Notes under the pieces: generated by a model
The model's input: the letters and a program-made list of their open reading frames with translations, nothing else
Told to the model about the DNA's origin: nothing
The model's database searches: none
Source of the DNA: Patescibacteria group bacterium UBA1388
GTDB lineage: Bacteria; Patescibacteriota; Microgenomatia; UBA1400; PJMF01
Direction: 5' to 3'
DNA length: 64,000 bases
Assembly (NCBI GenBank): GCA_002305355.1
Contig: DBQS01000023.1
Span: 4,189 to 68,188, forward strand
Made by a program: the position numbers and the translations under genes
Shown here: in pieces, positions 59,413-64,000 of the stretch
Layout of the letters: every line of letters begins with the position of its first letter
How positions within the stretch are numbered: the first letter of the stretch is position 1

Positions 59413-60597
59413 TCATTGCTTAGGGTTAGCAGCAGATCGTAAAGTGTTGAGTATAACTTGAGCTGAAGTGTGCCAACTGAATTTTTGGGCTTGCTTTAAG
59501 CCTTTTCTTATTAATTGCGCGCGCCGCCGAGAAGACAAATGAGCGATTTTAAAAAAGACCTCAGCAATAGCTGTCACCTGATGGGGATCAACCAGATAAC
59601 CCGCTTCACCAACAACTTCAGGAAGACTAGCGGCGCGCGCAACAACAGGCAGTGTGCCAGCTTGCATGGCTTCTAGTGGTGGAATACCAAAGCCTTCATG
59701 AATACCAAGCAGGACTTGGCACATCGCATGTTTATACAGTGCAGCTTTTTCAATGTCTGAAACAAAACCGGTTAAGATGATTTGTGATTTAAAAGCTGAG
59801 GCGTGAATGCGTTCTAGTATGGGTGATGCTTTCCAACCTACTTTACCAGCTAATACCAGGGTGGGTGATTGAATATTTGGTCTTCGTCGTTTAGATTGCC
59901 TATTGGCGAGCGTCAAACTGGCAATGCGCCGATTGTACATTTCAAAAGCTTCAATGAGCGTAATTAAATTTTTTCTGGGTTGCAATGTACCGACAAATAG
60001 GATGTATGGTTTTTGAATACCAAATTTATCCAAAATTTGCTTAGTTTCTCTTTGATTTAATTGATAGTTGCGAGGATCCGCTGCTGGGTAAGCGACCTTG
60101 ATCTTATTTGGGCTAACGTGATATAGATCGACCACATTTTGTTTGGTGTATTCACTAATGGTGATGACCGCCGCGGCGTGTTTCACACTGTATTCGGTCC
60201 ACTTGGTCAGTTGCACTCGATCACGCAGGGTGAATTGATCAGGATAATCTAAATAGGCTGTATCGAGGACTGCGGTCACATAAGGGATAGGTGACAGGCG
60301 AGGTGCATAATGGCCCGGAGTGAATAAAACATCGTAGGCGTGAGAATGCAAGTAGAGATGGAGTGGTAACGCCCACTGCGTCCAAAATCTTCTGGGTTGA
60401 AGAATTTTATAGCGCCAATGCTTGTGTTCCGATGGTAAGTCTGAAGATGGAGGGTGGGCTAACAAGACAGTGACTTGGTCGCCTGATTTGGCAACTAACG
60501 CCCTCAGCTCATGTAATAATTCAAAAGCGTAAACATTGCTCCCAACTCTAGATTTTACGTTTGCTTCGTTGCCATCAATTGCAATCTGAATGCCCAT
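59413..60597 (-). CDS. GT-B glycosyltransferase, family GT4
   Basis: 394 aa. HEGFGIPPLEAMQAGTLPVVARAASLPEVVGEAGYL. Confidence 0.8.
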   Translation of the reverse strand: MGIQIAIDGNEANVKSRVGSNVYAFELLHELRALVAKSGDQVTVLLAHPPSSDLPSEHKHWRYKILQPRRFWTQWALPLHLYLHSHAYDVLFTPGHYAPRLSPIPYVTAVLDTAYLDYPDQFTLRDRVQLTKWTEYSVKHAAAVITISEYTKQNVVDLYHVSPNKIKVAYPAADPRNYQLNQRETKQILDKFGIQKPYILFVGTLQPRKNLITLIEAFEMYNRRIASLTLANRQSKRRRPNIQSPTLVLAGKVGWKASPILERIHASAFKSQIILTGFVSDIEKAALYKHAMCQVLLGIHEGFGIPPLEAMQAGTLPVVARAASLPEVVGEAGYLVDPHQVTAIAEVFFKIAHLSSRRRAQLIRKGLKQAQKFSWHTSAQVILNTLRSAANPKQ

Positions 60598-60614
60598 AGG
60601 TTGTGTAATGATTG

Positions 60615-61772
60615 TTATTGTTTATTTGCCAACGCTTGCTGATAGACACTAATAGTTTGGGTGATCACATCTTGCCAATTAAACATTTGTAAGCGAATGA
60701 TCATTTTTTGTAAGCGTTGTCGTTCCTGATTAGTGTTTTCGGCTAGGATTTTTTCAATGCCGGCCCGAATGCTTTCCACAGAAAGAGGATCAACCAACTC
60801 AGCGGCATTGCCAGCTACTTCGGGCATGCTTGAAACATTGGAGGTTACCACCGGCGTGCCATGATGAAAAGCTTCTAAAATTGGTAATCCGAAACCCTCG
60901 TAAAGAGAAGGATAAGCAAAAAGTTTTGCTTCTGCATACAAGACGGACAATTGTTTGTCATCTACTCTACCTAAAAATCGCAAGTGATCTGATAAGTTTT
61001 GGTACTTTTTATTTTCAGTATCATCCCATCCTGATTCGCCAGCAATGATCAAATCCAGATTTTTTTGCAGAGGTTGCCAAGCTTCAATTAAATTTTTGAG
61101 GTTTTTGCGTGGTTCACGATTGCCCACAAATAGTATGAACGGTCGAGTAAGTTGGAGCTGCATCTTAATTTGCTCAAATTGTTCTTCAGAAAGCCGATCA
61201 TTGACCATTTTGACTTCTAGAGGCAGCGCTTCATGAATGACATGCACTCGTTCGTCAGGAATGTCAAGATGTTCGATAATATCGTTCTTGGTTGCTCTAC
61301 TCACGGCAATGATGGTGGCCTTTCGTTGCCTGAGAATATCCCAAGATTGACGGTGCATCTGCAAAACTTTGGGATGAGCAGTCTCTGGATATTTGAGGAT
61401 GGCTAGATCATGAATGGTGGAAACAAGCGGCAAGTCGTGATCGGGTGGCTGCATCCAGTCCCATGAATGAAAGAGGTCGATGTTTGGCAGTACCGAGCGA
61501 ATTTTAGGGAAGTGCATTTTATTCCACAAAAAATTAAACATTGATGGCGGATAAGCTTGGATAGAAGTTTCTGCTTTCGCATTGCCAGCCTCTTTTTTGA
61601 GCCGTTCAGCGATTTGAAGGAGCTGCTGCCTTTGACGCAAAGCAGAACCATAAAGACTCACTCGCACCTTGGGACTAGTGAGTAGGCCACGCACTAAATT
61701 AGTCGTGTAACGCGACACACCCCGGTGATAGATGGTAGAAGTAATATCAATACCCACGCGCAACATAATCAC
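60615..61772 (-). CDS. GT-B glycosyltransferase, family GT4
   Basis: 385 aa. YEGFGLPILEAFHHGTPVVTSNVSSMPEVAG. Confidence 0.8.
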   Translation of the reverse strand: MIMLRVGIDITSTIYHRGVSRYTTNLVRGLLTSPKVRVSLYGSALRQRQQLLQIAERLKKEAGNAKAETSIQAYPPSMFNFLWNKMHFPKIRSVLPNIDLFHSWDWMQPPDHDLPLVSTIHDLAILKYPETAHPKVLQMHRQSWDILRQRKATIIAVSRATKNDIIEHLDIPDERVHVIHEALPLEVKMVNDRLSEEQFEQIKMQLQLTRPFILFVGNREPRKNLKNLIEAWQPLQKNLDLIIAGESGWDDTENKKYQNLSDHLRFLGRVDDKQLSVLYAEAKLFAYPSLYEGFGLPILEAFHHGTPVVTSNVSSMPEVAGNAAELVDPLSVESIRAGIEKILAENTNQERQRLQKMIIRLQMFNWQDVITQTISVYQQALANKQ

Positions 61773-61795
61773 TTTCTCTTATAGACGGTTGAGAA

Positions 61796-63322
61796 TTAAT
61801 TTCCTTGCTTGTTGTAGCTTAACACAGCTTCTGGTCTTGCATAAATCCTCACAAAGCCAATCTTGGGTTGATCGATGAGCAAGACTGGTTTGAAATCGTG
61901 TGCTTCCAGATGAAATTCTAGTCGCCTATTGGGATCAGTCAAGTCTCTGAGGTAGTCAAACAGTATGACATAGTGATAGTCATTGAGTGGTTTGAGGGTT
62001 GAAGATAAGTCAGTCTTGGCGGTGATAAGCAGAGTGTTGGGTGTGAAGACAGGAAAGTTGGTAGGCGCATACCACACCCATGGTGCAAAGGGAGCGTTAA
62101 ATCCAAATAGAACCGCCGCCCCGCTTGAGTAATCAGTGGTAATTTGACTGATTAGGCCGCGCCAGTTTTCGCGCTGTAGGTTGGGATTGGTCCAGTACTG
62201 AAATAATGCAAAACCATTAATTATCAATAACCAGCCGATGAAACCGGTAATAATCACTTGGGTGCGATCAAGAGTTGGTAGTTTGGCTAATTTTTCTTTG
62301 ACTAGTAAAACAGCTGCGCTGACCAGAAGATAAAAGGCTGGCAAACTAAACAAAACTCGCTTGGGCTGAAGCACGGGAACTAGAAAAGAAATAATCCAGG
62401 CGGTGAGAATAGGTACGGTCAACCAAAGCAGCAAAATTATTACTCGCCGATCGATCAATGTGAAGCGATAGAAATATAAACCGATGAGGGTCATTAAGCC
62501 AAAGGTAATGATAGCGCTGCCAATTAAAAGTAAGTTCAGATCAAAGTTGAGTTCTCCATATATAAATGTAGCAGCCGTCAAGGGTAGTACTTTTAATTGT
62601 GGAATGCTGACCACTTGATCCCACCCGGGTAGTTGAGTTCTTAGTAGCGTGCCTACCCGCAGTTGGGTCAAAAATGAAGGCAGCCAGGGGGCAAATAAGA
62701 CGCTTGCCAAGATTATGCTCCACATCAAGCGCTGCCAGTGGTGGCGATAAAACCACATTAACACTACTAATTGGCTCAAGAATAAAAAAGGGTATAAGTA
62801 GCTGGAGTACAAACCTAAGGCACTCATGACACCAAAACTGACTAAAAATTTCCCCGAAAGTTGTTTTTGATCAAGGTGATTAATTAACAACAGCCAACTC
62901 AAGGTTGCCCAAAAAGTAGGTAAGGAGTATGGTCTGAGTTCTTGAGAATAAAAGACGTGTAAAAAGGAGGTGCTCAGCAGTAATGCTGACCAAAAACCCA
63001 CCTGTTGGGAAAATAATTTTCTACCGATCAAATAAGTACCGATGATAGAGCCAATACCGGGAATAAAAGCGCCAAACAAGCGGAGCCACCACTCACTCGT
63101 GCTAACTTGGCTGGCAAAATGAACGATGAAATGCAGCAAGGGCGGCTGGAAATCGTGCTTGATGTCTAGCTGAGCGCTGAGTGGCCGCACACTTTCCGAC
63201 GCTTGAGCCGCTTCATCCAGCCAAAACGAACCATTCAGAAGAGGTAAGCGTAAACCGACTGCAACCAACACCAAGATACAAAGTAACAACCAGTCTGGAA
63301 TAGTTTTGAAATATTTTTGCAT
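61796..63322 (-). CDS. GT-C fold membrane glycosyltransferase (PMT/ArnT-like), second copy
   Basis: 508 aa. The N-terminus LCILVLVAVGLRLPLLNGSFWLDEAAQASES has the same DE-loop architecture as the gene at 52094-53542. 11 or more TM helices. Confidence 0.7.
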   Translation of the reverse strand: MQKYFKTIPDWLLLCILVLVAVGLRLPLLNGSFWLDEAAQASESVRPLSAQLDIKHDFQPPLLHFIVHFASQVSTSEWWLRLFGAFIPGIGSIIGTYLIGRKLFSQQVGFWSALLLSTSFLHVFYSQELRPYSLPTFWATLSWLLLINHLDQKQLSGKFLVSFGVMSALGLYSSYLYPFLFLSQLVVLMWFYRHHWQRLMWSIILASVLFAPWLPSFLTQLRVGTLLRTQLPGWDQVVSIPQLKVLPLTAATFIYGELNFDLNLLLIGSAIITFGLMTLIGLYFYRFTLIDRRVIILLLWLTVPILTAWIISFLVPVLQPKRVLFSLPAFYLLVSAAVLLVKEKLAKLPTLDRTQVIITGFIGWLLIINGFALFQYWTNPNLQRENWRGLISQITTDYSSGAAVLFGFNAPFAPWVWYAPTNFPVFTPNTLLITAKTDLSSTLKPLNDYHYVILFDYLRDLTDPNRRLEFHLEAHDFKPVLLIDQPKIGFVRIYARPEAVLSYNKQGN

Positions 63323-63364
63323 CTAGAGTATATGGTAGCAGACACTGACGAAAAAATTTTGAGC

Positions 63365-63390
63365 ACAAAAAATCCCTCCGTGAGGAGGGA
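63365..63390 (-). terminator. Intrinsic terminator (hairpin plus U-tract), repeat copy 1
   Basis: Minus-strand RNA UCCCUCC-UCAC-GGAGGGA followed by UUUUUUGUGCU. Confidence 0.55.
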
Positions 63391-63744
63391 TGTGATGCTG
63401 ACCATACCGATGATTTAAATTGATCGTGTCTGATATAAGCTTGATTCTAGCAATTAGGCAAATTGTTAAGGATTAGTATTTAATTCGTGGACCCGACGGG
63501 TGTTGATCCCGTAGAACAAATTTATCAGATAAGTGCTTGCACTAGCACGGGCCCAGCTATCGCAATCATAACCGGCCATGTTTGCACTAAGTGTAGAAAA
63601 TAAATTATCAAAAATTTAGCAATAATTCAGACTGACTAGGAACAAAAAAACCCTCGATTAAGGACGTTTCTATTTTGCACTAACATTAATCAAATTGTGA
63701 TGAATTTTCTGTATGATGATGTCTGGGTGATCAACCTAATAGCA

Positions 63745-63767
63745 CAAAAAATCCCGCAGTGAGCGGG
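63745..63767 (-). terminator. Intrinsic terminator (hairpin plus U-tract), repeat copy 2, about 110 nt downstream of the tRNA-like 3' end
   Basis: Minus-strand RNA UCCCGC-UCACU-GCGGGA followed by UUUUUUGUGCU. Same flanks as copy 1, with compensatory stem changes. Confidence 0.55.
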
Positions 63768-63878
63768 ACTTGATGTCTAACCGTCGCAATTCGCGCGTAT
63801 ATTGAGTCTGACAGCTTATAATTTATCACAGATTGATTTAAAAGCAATTATTAATTGGGAATAATGATATAGGTTGTG

Positions 63879-64000
63879 TGGAGGCGACGGGTATCGAACC
63901 CGCCGGTTAGAAGTTGTCAGACTCTAATTCGCACCATGCGACGCCCCCGTCGCAACCACTGTTAGTATGCAACTCCACCATTACGCAAACCGTAGAATCA
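63879..64000 (-). ncRNA. ssrA: tRNA-like 3' domain (T arm plus acceptor 3' strand, A73 discriminator, CCA not encoded), most consistent with the 3' end of tmRNA (ssrA); the gene body runs off the window
   Basis: Minus-strand reads ...GGCGGG-UUCGAUA-CCCGU-CGCCUCC-A. This is a canonical T arm followed by a 7-nt acceptor 3' strand with U at position 70 (compatible with the G3:U70 Ala identity) and A73. No canonical D/anticodon arms can be folded from the preceding 60 nt, which argues against an ordinary tRNA. From memory it resembles the B. subtilis tmRNA terminus GGGUUCGAUUCCCGCCGUCUCCACCA. A GC hairpin UGCGACG-GGGG-CGUCGCA lies just upstream. Confidence 0.4.

Noticed and set aside
63879-63955. 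Complete minus-strand tRNA ending at 63879
   Set aside because: A good T arm and acceptor 3' strand are present, and a complementary GGGGGCG lies 44 nt upstream, but no D arm or 7-nt anticodon loop can be formed (the best stem leaves a 9-11-nt loop). It is treated instead as a tmRNA-like or tRNA-remnant 3' domain.
1-64000. CRISPR arrays, restriction-modification systems, toxin-antitoxin pairs and other defence systems
   Set aside because: No regularly spaced direct repeats, cas-like genes, REase/MTase pairs or small two-gene cassettes with TA-like proteins were seen. The only methyltransferases are RsmH and a THUMP RNA methyltransferase.

Overview
The window is a low-GC (~38-40%) bacterial chromosomal segment, and almost all genes are on the minus strand. 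In ascending coordinates it contains: the 5' part of dnaE (truncated at the window edge); gatC-gatA-gatB; htpX-lemA; tRNA-Asp; a small islet bracketed by tRNAs (an unknown 111-aa ORF, a LysM protein and an unknown 216-aa protein); tRNA-Gly(CCC); a fused polytopic membrane/spermidine-synthase-like protein; tRNA-Thr(CGU); a Wzy_C-like/GT2/Wzx-flippase mini-cluster; lepB, parB, rpmA, a THUMP methyltransferase and rplU; a SEDS protein; ileS; and a complete but atypical division/cell-wall (dcw) cluster (ftsZ-ftsA-ftsQ-murG-ftsW-mraY-murA-murB-murC-yvcK-like-murE-ftsI-ftsL-like-rsmH-mraZ). After that come glyQS, preceded by a recognisable glycine T-box leader, then recO, and a ~20 kb surface-glycan/glycosylation locus: a DUF4012-like protein, a small phosphoglycosyl transferase, manC, five GT4, two GT2, an acetyltransferase, a Wzy_C-like protein and two GT-C/PMT-like membrane glycosyltransferases, interrupted by ruvC-ruvA-ruvB. 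The window ends in an intergenic region carrying two covarying terminator hairpins and, at the extreme edge, a minus-strand tRNA-like 3' domain that looks like the end of tmRNA (ssrA). No CRISPR array, integrase, transposase or recognisable defence genes were found. The most unusual items are the T-box, the dcw composition, the doubled GT-C/Wzy_C glycan machinery and the tmRNA-like end with its repeated hairpins.
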